Below are positions 38,861 to 49,182 of a stretch of DNA of 64,000 bases, one piece after another. Both the position numbers and the translations under genes were made by a program. Source of the stretch: a bacterium. Lineage in GTDB: Bacteria > UBA8248. Within the stretch, counting starts at the first letter, position 1, and each line of letters starts with the position of its first letter. The stretch spans positions 1,984,001-2,048,000 of the forward strand of contig OZ244799.1 of the NCBI GenBank assembly GCA_965219955.1, read 5' to 3'. Below the pieces are notes generated by a model. The model made no database searches. It saw only the letters and a list, made by a program, of their open reading frames with translations, and was not told the DNA's origin.

Positions 38861-39865
38861 ATGCTCAAAAAGACTTGTCGCCAGCACTCAGCACGGATTG
38901 TGGTCTGTATCACCTTGTTTGCCTTTGTGTTCGTGGCTCCACCCCAAGTCGAAGCCGCCAAGAAAGCGGTCAAACTGGGGGCCGCCACCGTCGCCAGCAC
39001 GCTCTATGTCATGGCGGGCGCCCTGGCGGACGTCTTCAACCGCAAGAACAAGGACTACTCCCTGAACGTCACCCTGGGCGGGGGAAAGTCCAACCCGCAA
39101 CTGGTGGGGGTGGGCAAGTCCGACATCGCGTACAGCTACACGTATTACGTGGGAAACGCCATTGCGGGCAAAAAACCATACAAGAAAAAGTACCCGAACT
39201 TGAGGGCCATGGTATGGCTCTACACGTCCGCCGTTCATTTCATGGCGGCGCCGGAACTGGTCGATAAAGGGATTCAATCGTTCGAGGATTTCGTGCAGAA
39301 GAAACCCAAGGCCGGGATAACCATCGGGAAGAAAGGGACGGGGACCTACAACATTGCGACCTACCTTTTGAAGGAGTACGGAACCTCGACCGCTGCGCTG
39401 AAAAAAGCGGGCGTGTCGGTCCGCCTCGGCGGAGGCCGCGCCATGATGCGCTTTTATCAGGACAAGCACGTGGATTTCGTCCTGTTCCACACGGGCCCCG
39501 GTAACGGGTTGATCAAGCAAGCGGCCCTGCGCCGCCCCATCAATTTCACCGGGGTTACGCCGGGCATGCGGCAGAGGCTGGAAAAGTTCGGCCTGGTGGA
39601 ATCCATTGTGGACGCGAATACCTATCCGGGCCAGAAGAAACCCCTCGATACCTACGGACTCCGAACGATCATTTTCACGAGAGGGGACCAATCACCCGAC
39701 CTGATCTACAAGGTGACGAAAACCGTTTTCGAGAACAAGGATTATCTGAAGGGCGCCCACAGACTTTACGGTTTCCTGGAACCCAAACGTTCCGTGAAGA
39801 ACATGAAAGGCGTTCCCATGCACCCCGGCGCAGCCCGTTATTACAAGGAAGTGGGAGCGATGTAA
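38861..39865 (+). CDS. TAXI-family TRAP solute-binding protein
   Basis: Signal peptide; NTYPGQ and PMHPGAARYYKEVG motifs. Confidence 0.92.
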   Translation: MLKKTCRQHSARIVVCITLFAFVFVAPPQVEAAKKAVKLGAATVASTLYVMAGALADVFNRKNKDYSLNVTLGGGKSNPQLVGVGKSDIAYSYTYYVGNAIAGKKPYKKKYPNLRAMVWLYTSAVHFMAAPELVDKGIQSFEDFVQKKPKAGITIGKKGTGTYNIATYLLKEYGTSTAALKKAGVSVRLGGGRAMMRFYQDKHVDFVLFHTGPGNGLIKQAALRRPINFTGVTPGMRQRLEKFGLVESIVDANTYPGQKKPLDTYGLRTIIFTRGDQSPDLIYKVTKTVFENKDYLKGAHRLYGFLEPKRSVKNMKGVPMHPGAARYYKEVGAM

Positions 39866-39969
39866 CCTGAGAAGGCGCAGTTATACCACGCTAGAGGAAT
39901 GAGCGGGCGCCGGGGATTCCCGCGATTATCCCGGCGCCCGTTTCCGCATAATTCCGGAAGGCGTTCTTC

Positions 39970-41964
39970 ATGGCCAGTCAAGGCGTAAATTTTCCTCCCA
40001 GGGGATTCGTCGGCTATCTCATCGCGCTGGTTGCGATCGGCATGTCCCTCACCGAGGTCTATCTCGCCGTTACGGGCGGGATGGATGCGATTTTCGAGCG
40101 GCCGATGTTTTATCTGGCCGCCGCCGCCATCATCTTTCTCACTCCTCCATCTGAAAAAGCCGGTGTCTTGCCGCCGGGGTGGCGCAAGGCGTTTGTCGCC
40201 TTTCTGGGCGTCCTGGCGGTGGTGTCCGTCATGTGGCTGCTCTGGGAGTTCGACCGGCTGCTCGAACGCACCCGGTATATAGACGATGTCCTGCTCCCGG
40301 ATATCGTTTTTGGGGTCGTCTGCATCGTTTTGGTTCTCGAGGCCACGCGCAGGGCGATCAATCTGACCCTGCCTTTGATTGCGCTTTTCTTCCTTGTCTA
40401 CACCTACTTCGGCCCCTGGATGCCGTGGGAGTTCAAGCACGGCGGCATCGGGTTCCTGGACATCATCGATCATTTCTACATGACCGACGGGGGCCTTTGG
40501 TCCGCCCCGATGTACGTTTTCGTCAATTACATGTTCCTGTTCATCCTGTTCGGGGCCGTGCTCGATGCTTCGGGCGCCGGGAAGATATACATCGACTTCG
40601 CGTTCCTGCTGACCGGCAGAATGCGGGGCGGGCCCGCCAAGGCGGCCGTGGTGGCCAGCGCCCTCTCGGGAACCATATCGGGAAGCGCCACCGCCAACAT
40701 CGTCACCACGGGAACCTTCACCATCCCCTTGATGAAAAAAATGGGGTACCGCCCCCACGTGGCGGGAGCGGTCGAGACGGCGGCTTCCACCGGAGGCCAG
40801 ATCATGCCTCCCATCATGGGAACGGCGGCGTTTCTGCTGGCCGAATTCACCGGGACTTCCTATTTCACTATCATCAAGATTTCGGTGATTCCGGCGCTGC
40901 TCTATTTCATGTCCGTTTTCGTGTTCGTGCATCTCGAGGCGGCCAAGAACGACATCCGGGGCCTGAGTTGGGAGGATCTTCCCAACATCCTGAATACGAT
41001 AGGTCGCGCATTCGTTTTTCTCATCCCGCCGGCCGTCCTGATTTATTTCATGGTGGTCGGGAGATCGGTCCAATATGCGGGCGTATCCGGAATCATCGCC
41101 ACGATTGTTTCAATGACATTGCTGGGAATGGTCGACTATCTCTACCAGGGATGGCGGGAACGAAGTTTTTCCGCGAGGCGCGCCCTCGATTATCTGACAA
41201 GCGGAGCGGGCAAACTCGTCCGGGCGCTGGTTCGAGGAGCGCAGCAGTGCGCCCCGATAGCCGCCGCATGCGCGACTGCGGGCATCATCATCGGAGCGAC
41301 GACGATTACGGGGCTGGGGCTCAAGTTCTCCTCCATCGTCGTTTCAGCCTCGGGGGGAAGTCTCTTTCTCGGAATCATTCTGGTCGGCGTGGCCTCCTTC
41401 GTTCTGGGGATGGGGCTTCCGAGCAGTTCCGCCTACATCGTTCTGGCGACGATGGCCGCGCCCGCTCTCATCGAGCTGGGCGGCATGAGCGCCGTCACGG
41501 CTCACATGATCATCTTCTGGTTCAGCCTGGATAGCTGTTACACGCCTCCCGTTTGCATTCCTGCCTACACCGCCGCCGCCATCGCCGAGGCGGACCCGAT
41601 GAAGACCGGCTGGACTTCCTTCAGGGCGGCGAAAGGCCTCTATGTGATCCCGTTTCTTTTCGCCTATTCCCCCGCCATTCTGTTGAACGGCAGTGTGGTT
41701 GAAATCATCCTGGTTACCTTGACGACCGGCATCGCGCTCGTCGCCGGAACGGCCGGCCTGAGTGGCTATCTGATCGGGAGGACAACCTGGGCCGAGAGAG
41801 GCGGCCTTCTCCTGGGGGGATTCATGATGCTATGGCCCACGCTTGCTTCTCAAGGGGCAGGATTCGTCTTGTTGACGATTCTCGTGATTTTCCAGGTCAC
41901 GCGCCACGGAGGCTGGTTTTTTCGAAAAGAACTCATCGAGGAAAGCCTCCCGAAAAGCGGATAA
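39970..41964 (+). CDS. TRAP transporter fused 4TM/12TM permease
   Basis: GGPAKAAVV, ISGSATAN, STGGQIMPPIMG and TPPV motifs. Confidence 0.94.
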   Translation: MASQGVNFPPRGFVGYLIALVAIGMSLTEVYLAVTGGMDAIFERPMFYLAAAAIIFLTPPSEKAGVLPPGWRKAFVAFLGVLAVVSVMWLLWEFDRLLERTRYIDDVLLPDIVFGVVCIVLVLEATRRAINLTLPLIALFFLVYTYFGPWMPWEFKHGGIGFLDIIDHFYMTDGGLWSAPMYVFVNYMFLFILFGAVLDASGAGKIYIDFAFLLTGRMRGGPAKAAVVASALSGTISGSATANIVTTGTFTIPLMKKMGYRPHVAGAVETAASTGGQIMPPIMGTAAFLLAEFTGTSYFTIIKISVIPALLYFMSVFVFVHLEAAKNDIRGLSWEDLPNILNTIGRAFVFLIPPAVLIYFMVVGRSVQYAGVSGIIATIVSMTLLGMVDYLYQGWRERSFSARRALDYLTSGAGKLVRALVRGAQQCAPIAAACATAGIIIGATTITGLGLKFSSIVVSASGGSLFLGIILVGVASFVLGMGLPSSSAYIVLATMAAPALIELGGMSAVTAHMIIFWFSLDSCYTPPVCIPAYTAAAIAEADPMKTGWTSFRAAKGLYVIPFLFAYSPAILLNGSVVEIILVTLTTGIALVAGTAGLSGYLIGRTTWAERGGLLLGGFMMLWPTLASQGAGFVLLTILVIFQVTRHGGWFFRKELIEESLPKSG

Positions 41965-42024
41965 ATCTCGAGGGCCCAAAAGGCCCCGAGCGTCTCGAAA
42001 GCTTCCGGGCCGCTGATTTCCGCT

Positions 42025-44061
42025 TCAAGCGGAATGCGTCGATTGCGGGCTCATCCCCTCGGTGATTTCACGCACCCTGGCCTTAAGCCAGGATTCATCG
42101 ATCGGCTCCGCTCCCGACCGGTTCCCCTCCACGGCTCTCATCGCCTCGAAGCGTACGTGCTGCCGTATGGCGGGGGGGATGCCCTCCGTGGCCCGGTTGA
42201 CGGCCAGTTGCAACTCATCCGGCCAGAGCCGCTCGAACGCCTCCCGGGCGGCCCCGAACGTAAACGGAGCAGGCGGCGATGCGCCGTCATGCCCATCGGC
42301 AAGCAGCCGCCTGCGCTCGGCGGTTTCTCTTTCCAGGATTCGGCCGTCCCGGATGATCACGCCGTAGACCTCGCCGGCGCTCTCAGGCGTCACCAGCCCG
42401 TCCTCGACGTCGCGCAGCACCAGCGCGGGGTCGCGCTCCCGGGGCGGGCCGAACCCGCCTCCGCCGGCCGAGTGGGCGTGCACGACGCCGCCCGCCGGAA
42501 CATCGAGCACGTTTATCTTCGCAATCGGCTCGGGCTCCTCGCCCGGGGCTTGCAGGAACGCGCGTCCCGCCTCGCCCGGCCGGCCGTCTTCCCTGCCCCA
42601 GGGCTGAAAATGAAACCGCTCCATCCCCCGGGCCGTCACCACCCCGCCGGGCACGAGAAGCCTGAGAGAATAGTTCAGGCCGCACCCGCCGCGCAGGCGG
42701 CCCGCACCCCCGGAATCGGGGATGAGCGCGTAGCTCTCGACCAGGACGGGCATCTCCGATTCCAGCACCTCGTTGGGGATGTTCCGGTAGAAGCCCGTGG
42801 TGAAATCGACGCCTTCGGTGCCGTCGTCGAAGGGCCGCGCTCCCGACCCGCCCACGAGAGGCTGGACGGTGCTCACCAGGTTCGTCCCGGTGGTGAAGTC
42901 CGGCGCCGACACCAGCATGATGGAGCCCTGGCCGCAGCCCGCGGCCGGCATCCGCTCCCTCCAGGCGTGCGCCAGGGCGCCGAGAACGATATCGGCCACC
43001 TTGAAAAACGTGGCCTGCCGGGCTCCGCAGGGCGCCCCGGGTTCGGGATTGAGGAGGGACCCCCGTGGCGCGTTCACTCGTACGGCCCGGACAAGACCCG
43101 AGTTGTACACCGTGTCCGGCTTGACGCTCCGCATGAAGTTGACCACGCCCATGACCAGGAGGTAGTGGCCGTCCGTGCTGTAGGAGGGGATGTTGAACGC
43201 CGCCGCCACCTGCGGGTCCGTGCCCTCGAAGTCGAGGAGCATCTCATCCCCCTGGATCCTCAGCGTGAGGCGGATCCGGACGTGGCGGCCCTCGGGCATC
43301 AGATCCCCCTCGAGGTAGTCCCAGAACGCGTAGTCTCCGTCGGGAACCTCCCGTATCAGGGAGCGGGCCTGGGCTTCGGCGTAATCCAGAACGTCGTCGA
43401 GCGCCGTCCTCAAGAGGTCCCCGCCGAACTTCGCGGCCAGGCCCGTCACGCGCAATTCCGCGCGCTTGAGCGCTCCGAGCATCGCCAGCACGTCGCCCCG
43501 GTTCTTGTCCGGAACGCGGCAGTTCCGCAGGAAGATCCGCAAAACGTCTTCCCGCATCTCGTCTTCGGCGACGAGCCGGGTTACCGGAATGACCACGCCT
43601 TCCTGATGCTGGTCGACGGCGGAGGGCGCGATGGACCCGGGCGCGAGCCCGCCCACGTCCGTGCAATGGATGAAGGCGGCCGCGAAGCAGACGAGTTCAC
43701 CATCGTGGTAGATGGGACGCCAGCAGAAGACATCGAGCAGGTGGGTGACCAGGCCCCTGCTTTGCTCGGGATCGTTGGTGAACCAGACGTCGCCGGGCCG
43801 GTATGGCCCGCCGGCGTCGAATACGGCCTGAAAGTTCTGGCCGACCCCTATCCAGAGCCCGATATCCACGGAGCAGGCCGCCACTTCACCCCTGGGCGTC
43901 ACCAGGGCGACGATGAAATCCTGCGTTTCCTTGACGAAGACGGTATGCCCGCAGTGGGTCAGCAGTTCACCCATCTCCTCCACGACCCCCTGAAACTGGC
44001 ACCGGAGTATTTCGAAGAGAACCGGGTCGGACCTGGTTTTGGGCGTAAAAGTTTCGCTCAT
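42025..44061 (-). CDS. Hydantoinase B / oxoprolinase family subunit
   Basis: KETQDF, TNDP, THLLD, HCTDVGG, DSGGAG and GGGGFG motifs. Confidence 0.92.
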   Translation of the reverse strand: MSETFTPKTRSDPVLFEILRCQFQGVVEEMGELLTHCGHTVFVKETQDFIVALVTPRGEVAACSVDIGLWIGVGQNFQAVFDAGGPYRPGDVWFTNDPEQSRGLVTHLLDVFCWRPIYHDGELVCFAAAFIHCTDVGGLAPGSIAPSAVDQHQEGVVIPVTRLVAEDEMREDVLRIFLRNCRVPDKNRGDVLAMLGALKRAELRVTGLAAKFGGDLLRTALDDVLDYAEAQARSLIREVPDGDYAFWDYLEGDLMPEGRHVRIRLTLRIQGDEMLLDFEGTDPQVAAAFNIPSYSTDGHYLLVMGVVNFMRSVKPDTVYNSGLVRAVRVNAPRGSLLNPEPGAPCGARQATFFKVADIVLGALAHAWRERMPAAGCGQGSIMLVSAPDFTTGTNLVSTVQPLVGGSGARPFDDGTEGVDFTTGFYRNIPNEVLESEMPVLVESYALIPDSGGAGRLRGGCGLNYSLRLLVPGGVVTARGMERFHFQPWGREDGRPGEAGRAFLQAPGEEPEPIAKINVLDVPAGGVVHAHSAGGGGFGPPRERDPALVLRDVEDGLVTPESAGEVYGVIIRDGRILERETAERRRLLADGHDGASPPAPFTFGAAREAFERLWPDELQLAVNRATEGIPPAIRQHVRFEAMRAVEGNRSGAEPIDESWLKARVREITEGMSPQSTHSA

Positions 44062-46079
44062 CCGGCCGCCTCCGCGTGAAGATTACCCGCCGCGTCGGCC
44101 CGGAAAACGAACCCGGGCGTGACGAAAACGGTCGTGTCGTACTGAAGAAGCACGGCAGGCCCGGAGAGCCGAAGGCCGACGGGAATTTGCGCTCTTTGGT
44201 AGACGGGAACCGCGAGCCGCCTCCCCTGATGCGTCACCTCGCGCGTCTCCACGGGTTCGGGCCGGTCCGACTCCCCGGGCATTGGGGAAGAGGCAGCGTC
44301 GACCATCCGGTTCGGCACCCTGGCGAGCATCCGGATTTGGAGCACCTCGATCCCGCTCTCGGGGTCGAGGTATCCGAAGGTCTCTTCATATCTGCGGTGG
44401 AAGGTTTCCTGGTAATCCCCGTTCCCGGTCAACCCCACCATGATCTCGAAGGATTGCCCCTTGTAGCGCATATCCGCACTCCGCTCGAACTCCGCCGACC
44501 CGGGTTCCAATCCCTGTTCGGCGAGCCACCTCCGGGCGGTTTCCTCCATCTCCGAGAACATCCCTTCCATCCCCTTCTCATCCAGCAAGTCGGTGCGGAC
44601 GCTGCGCACAAAATCCATCTGGACGTCCGCCACGGCCGCTCCCACCGCGCACATCGCGCCCGGCGCAGGGGGGATGACGATCTTCCGGATGCCGGCTTCC
44701 GCCGCCAGCAGGAAGGCATGGGTGGGCCCGGCGCCCCCGAAGGCCTGAAGGCTGAATTCGCGGTGGTCGACCCCGTAGCGCGCGATCATCGGCAGAAACG
44801 AGGCGACCATGTTCGCCGTCGCGACCCGCAGGACGGCTTCGGCCGCCTGGATCGTCTCCATCCCCAGGGCTTCGCCCAGGGAGCCTATGGCATCTTCCGC
44901 TCGCGCGCGGGAAAGCGTCATCCGGCCGCCGAGCAGGTCGTTCTCGCCCAGTATGCCCGTTACGAGGTAGGCGTCCGTGACGGTCGGCTCCCGGCCGCCG
45001 CGGCCGTAGCACGCAGGTCCGGGAACGGCCCCCGCCGAGCGCGGGCCCACCTTCAGCACTCCGTGCGGGTCGACCCACGCGATCGATCCGCCCCCAGCAC
45101 CAATGGTCTCGATGGCGACGGCGGGAAGGAAAAGCGGAAAATCCCCGATCGTGCTCTCCACGCTGACGCGGGGCCGGCCGTCGATGAGGGACATGTCCGC
45201 GCTGGTCCCTCCCATATCCAGGGTGAAGAGTTTCGCCTCGCCGTATTCACGCGCGGACTTGGCCGCCGCCATCACTCCCGAAGCAGGCCCCGAGAACATC
45301 GTGCGCACGGGTATCCGCGCCGCCTCATGGATGGAGACCGTCCCGCCGTTGGACTGGGTGATCTGAACCGGACAGCCGACGCCCATCGCCCGCAGGCCCT
45401 CCTCCAGCTTCCCGTAATAGGAGCGCATGGTGGCCCCGACGTAGGCGTTCATCACGCAGACGAGCGTCCGCTCGTATTCGCGCTGCTGGGGCCACGTCTC
45501 CCACGACGCGCAGACGAAGAGATCGGGCCATCGCCCGGCGATGACCGCCTGCGCCGCTTGCTCATGAACCGGATTGATATAGGTATGCAGAAAGCTGACC
45601 GCCACGGCCGTGACGCCGGCGCCAAGGAGTTCCTCGACCCCCTGCAGGACGGAATCCGTATCCAACGGGCGCAGGACGGTCCCGTCCGCGCCGACGCGCT
45701 CCCTCACCTCCCGGACGTGGGCCCGGCGGACGAGCGGCACGGGTCTTGCCGCCTCGAAGCTGGGCGCATCGGGAAGCCGGGTCCGGCGGATCTCCAGGAC
45801 GTCGCGGAATCCCTGCGTGACCAGGAGGCCTGTCGGCTCTCCTGAGCGCTGAATGATGGTGTTGACCGCAAGCGTGGAGCCCGCGCCGAAGTAGACGACG
45901 TCCCTGGGATCGAGGCCTTCGCCCCGCAGTCCTTCCCGCACCCCTTCCAGCACGCCGGAAACCGGCTCGCCGACAGACGTGGGCACCTTGTAGACGCCCG
46001 TCCGGCCCGTGGATTCCTCCACCAGGGCCACGTCCGTAAAGGTGCCTCCGACGTCCACGCCGATTCGCCAGCCGCTCAA
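44058..46079 (-). CDS. Hydantoinase A / oxoprolinase family subunit
   Basis: GVDVGGTFTD, SGPASG, DMGGTS and SAGAVPGP motifs. Confidence 0.93.
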   Translation of the reverse strand: MSGWRIGVDVGGTFTDVALVEESTGRTGVYKVPTSVGEPVSGVLEGVREGLRGEGLDPRDVVYFGAGSTLAVNTIIQRSGEPTGLLVTQGFRDVLEIRRTRLPDAPSFEAARPVPLVRRAHVREVRERVGADGTVLRPLDTDSVLQGVEELLGAGVTAVAVSFLHTYINPVHEQAAQAVIAGRWPDLFVCASWETWPQQREYERTLVCVMNAYVGATMRSYYGKLEEGLRAMGVGCPVQITQSNGGTVSIHEAARIPVRTMFSGPASGVMAAAKSAREYGEAKLFTLDMGGTSADMSLIDGRPRVSVESTIGDFPLFLPAVAIETIGAGGGSIAWVDPHGVLKVGPRSAGAVPGPACYGRGGREPTVTDAYLVTGILGENDLLGGRMTLSRARAEDAIGSLGEALGMETIQAAEAVLRVATANMVASFLPMIARYGVDHREFSLQAFGGAGPTHAFLLAAEAGIRKIVIPPAPGAMCAVGAAVADVQMDFVRSVRTDLLDEKGMEGMFSEMEETARRWLAEQGLEPGSAEFERSADMRYKGQSFEIMVGLTGNGDYQETFHRRYEETFGYLDPESGIEVLQIRMLARVPNRMVDAASSPMPGESDRPEPVETREVTHQGRRLAVPVYQRAQIPVGLRLSGPAVLLQYDTTVFVTPGFVFRADAAGNLHAEAAG

Positions 46080-46475
46080 TGGCGCCTCCTGCTTTCACTA
46101 TTGCCTAGAACTTGCCAGATGAAAAAGCAGTATATTCCATGCACGAGGCGGGAGAAACCGTGGTCCTAGGGCGAGCGCCTGATGTTTATGCGAGAGGTTC
46201 TGTCCGGGTAAGAGCAACATGGCATTGGGATAGCTGAAAGATAAGAGAATGAAGCCGGCCCGATTGCGCCACGATTTTAAGCTGCAAGAATTTATCCCCC
46301 ACAAACACATTCTTGCAACGTAATGCAATCCAGCTTTTTCAGTGTTTCAACATATTTCAGCATTTCCTGAAAATACCCATTAGAGTGAAATACGCGGTTG
46401 AATCCGGGGTGATCACGCCACGATTTCTTAGCCGCAGGAAACACTCCCCCATCGGTCGGCAATCTCTCCCTGATC

Positions 46476-46954
46476 GGGATTGTTGAAAAAGCCCCGCATG
46501 CGTCCCCTGGAAACCGCCAACGCTTCTTTCCTCACCCTGAGTAGCCGCCGAAGGTAAAACGCGACTGAGAAAGGAGCGTTTGTATCGAAGGGCGAGGGGC
46601 TCGCATCGGAACGAGAGCAACCGCTCATTCATCAATCGCGTTTGACCTTCGATACGCGGCTCCGCCGCTACTCAGGATGAGGCGGTGCGGTTTTGTTTCG
46701 TCATTCCGGCGAAAGCCGGAATCCATTTTGACTTTTCACCGGGCGGGGCGGCCACGGCCTTGTTGATACGCGGCGTCCGGATGCGGAATTGAGAAAATAC
46801 GCTTTCTTTTATGTGTTCGATTCCGATCTTCGCCGCCCGGGAGTAAAGACGTCCGAGCGAGTAGGTGAAAAAACGAAGGCGAAAATGGATTCCGGCTTTC
46901 GCCGGAATGACGGCGGTGGCCAATTCTGCACGGGAGAGCTTTTTCAACAGTCCC
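46476..46954. mobile_element. MITE-like element E5 with a 5-bp direct-repeat flank
   Basis: GGGATTGTTGAAAAAGC / GCTTTTTCAACAGTCCC TIRs, TGATC on both sides; cargo at 46700-46911 is an inverted homolog of 37438-37644. Confidence 0.8.
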
Positions 46955-46973
46955 TGATCGGTCGAGATTGACC

Positions 46974-47063
46974 TCAAATCGCCTTCAGCCTCCCCCCGTC
47001 GACGGCGAACACGCCGCCGGAGATGTAGCTCGCCTCGGACGAGGCGAGAAACGCGAACATCGC
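46974..47063 (-). pseudogene. Orphan C-terminal fragment of an SDR oxidoreductase
   Basis: Translates AMFAFLASSEASYISGGVFAVDGGRLKAI*, the canonical SDR tail, with no upstream body. Confidence 0.8.
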
Positions 47064-47361
47064 ACCGAATTCCGCTGAATGATGCGGCAGTAAATTTCAT
47101 GCCCAGCCCGTGAGAAACATGAGGCGCTCTCGTTTCAGGAGGCGGTATCGAAGAGCGTGTGGGTGGGCGAAATATTTTGCTGATTCATTTCTTCATGACA
47201 ACTCTATGAACGATAAGGACGATGAACGAAGCGATTACCTCTCAAATTGCCAGCTCATTCATACTCTGTTAGTTTTCTACTACCCAACTCACCCAGATTA
47301 TTTTCATCGAAATTTGTCTTCGCCTGCGGACTATGTTGATAACTGCAATCTTGAGGTTTTC

Positions 47362-47856
47362 ATGGAATCTCCAGCGAGCACCAATTACCTGAAAACCGCC
47401 GAAAAGAATATGCTTGACGGCAATTATGGAACTGCGATTGAAAACCTGACCAAGGAAATCGCGCGCGACCCCGAGTCGCTGATAGCCTACCGAAACCGGG
47501 GCGTGGCGAAAGGCATTCTGGGAGAATACGAGGCGGCCATGGAAGACCTCGATAAGGCGCTGCGGATAGATGCGAAAGACGTATACGCCTACTTCAACAG
47601 AGGCAACGTCAAAAAGGATATGGGACGCTACGAAGAAGCGATGGCCGACTACAACAAAGCGCGGCAAATAGATGAGAAATTTGCGCAGCCGCATTTTGGA
47701 TTGGGGGAGGTAAAATTAAAAACAGGCAAAGCCGATGAAGCCTTTGAGCATTTCATCGAAGCCGTGCATCTGGCGAAGAATTCCAACAACCGGAAATTCG
47801 TAGACCTCGCGCAGGAAAGAATAAAAGAGGTGATCCAATACAAAAAAGCTTCATGA
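47362..47856 (+). CDS. Tetratricopeptide repeat protein
   Basis: AYRNRG..GEYEAAMEDLDKA and AYFNRG..GRYEEAMADYNKA TPR units; GAGG RBS before ATG 47362. Confidence 0.9.
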   Translation: MESPASTNYLKTAEKNMLDGNYGTAIENLTKEIARDPESLIAYRNRGVAKGILGEYEAAMEDLDKALRIDAKDVYAYFNRGNVKKDMGRYEEAMADYNKARQIDEKFAQPHFGLGEVKLKTGKADEAFEHFIEAVHLAKNSNNRKFVDLAQERIKEVIQYKKAS

Positions 47857-47942
47857 CGTCCGGATGAAGCTGCTTACTCCCTTCCGCCGCGCGATTCTCG
47901 ACGCAATGGCCAAGGAAAAGTTCCCCTTGTGAATGAAAAATG

Positions 47943-48154
47943 ATGCTCAAATACGCGATCATTCTCTACTGGAGAGCGCGGACGACGCTTTCGTGGCCGA
48001 AGTTCCGGAGCTTCCCGGCTGCGCCGCGCACGGCCACTCACAGGAAAACGCTCTCAAGAACATCAACCAGGCGATTGCTATCTGGATTGATACGGCGAAA
48101 GAAGCCGGCGACCGGATACCCGAACCCGAGGGCGAGCGCCTGATGCTGGCGTAA
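47943..48154 (+). pseudogene. hicB: HicB family antitoxin, frameshifted
   Basis: MLKYAIILYW is in one frame and DDAFVAEVPELPGCAAHG..WIDTAKE.G..IPEP in another; shift at TGGAGAGCG. Confidence 0.8.
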
Positions 48155-48214
48155 GGGGTTCCGGCACGATAAAAGAACGCGTCAATCGGAGAACAGAAAC
48201 AGGCTCGCCGCACC

Positions 48215-48637
48215 GTCATTCCGGCGCACGCCGGAATCCAGGGCCGAGCGGAATGGCAATACTCCGGTTTTTCATCATCTCGTCATTGGCGGGAATCAAT
48301 CAGAAAATAAAACAAAGCAAAACAAATGGATTCCGTCGAATCCTCCCGCATTGGTCGGCTCCGACGCCGGAATGACGAACAAAGCCGCACCGCCTCGCAG
48401 TGACACGGTTCCTCCCTCTTCGGTCGGAATCGACCCCTTGGGGCTGCCCCGCAGGTTGCGACTTCTGACAGGCACGGGGCCTGTCTTTACGCAAGGATTG
48501 TGTCTTTGCAGGGGAGAACCTGCGTGTTCTCCCGTTTTTTTGTGCCCGCGTCCGGTTGACCGGGCGGACACACCGGTTCGCCCCTACGGGAAACGAGGTA
48601 TTCACATTCACCCCTTGAGGACTTTTTCAACAGCCCC
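48215..48637. repeat. REP-like palindrome cluster ending in an element right TIR
   Basis: GTCATTCCGGCGCACGCCGGAATCC, GGGAGAAC..GTTCTCCC / GCCCCTAC palindromes, TTTTTCAACAGCCCC at 48623-48637. Confidence 0.7.
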
Positions 48638-49182
48638 TTCCTCAAGGTGGGAGTGTTAATGCCACATATGCCGTCCCGCGAGGTGCGGCGGCTACATCAT
48701 ACCCTCGGCCTTCAAGGCATTTCTCAGCGGAGCCAAGTCGAAGCCGTCCCCGTCCCGGTAGGTGCGCGTGCGCGGGAGCTTCTTCTCCTTCTTCAGGACC
48801 TTCGCCACGCCGACCAGCCACTTGCGGGCGGGGGCGTTTTCGGGAGAGCATCGAGAGCGGACCAAGGGGACGGACGATGAGGCGAAGCGGCGATGATTTG
48901 AGGATTTCGAACAGGGCATCCCGAGCGAAGTTCGCAGTCGCAAAGATGCCGCCCGGAATTTCTGAAAAATTAGATAAAATCAGATAAATTCACGGGGTTT
49001 TTCGATAATTTGACGATGAATTTTTCCTGGGAAATGGCGCCGCGGAATCCGGGCGCAGGGGAATTCTGCCATGGCCCGCGCCTTTCGCGATGACAGCAAA
49101 TGCGGGGAGTTGCGGGGGGGGGTGGATGCACTTGTAGTGAAACATACGATAATCAGCATAACTATCTGAAAAGGAGAGCGTT

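Noticed and set aside
42034-45845. Long plus-strand ORFs (681 aa and 589 aa)
   Set aside because: Antisense shadows of the hydantoinase genes caused by GC-rich codon bias; they contain no recognisable motifs.
47110-47361. N-terminal extension of the TPR ORF
   Set aside because: Low-complexity AT-rich sequence; a better RBS and ATG lie at 47362.
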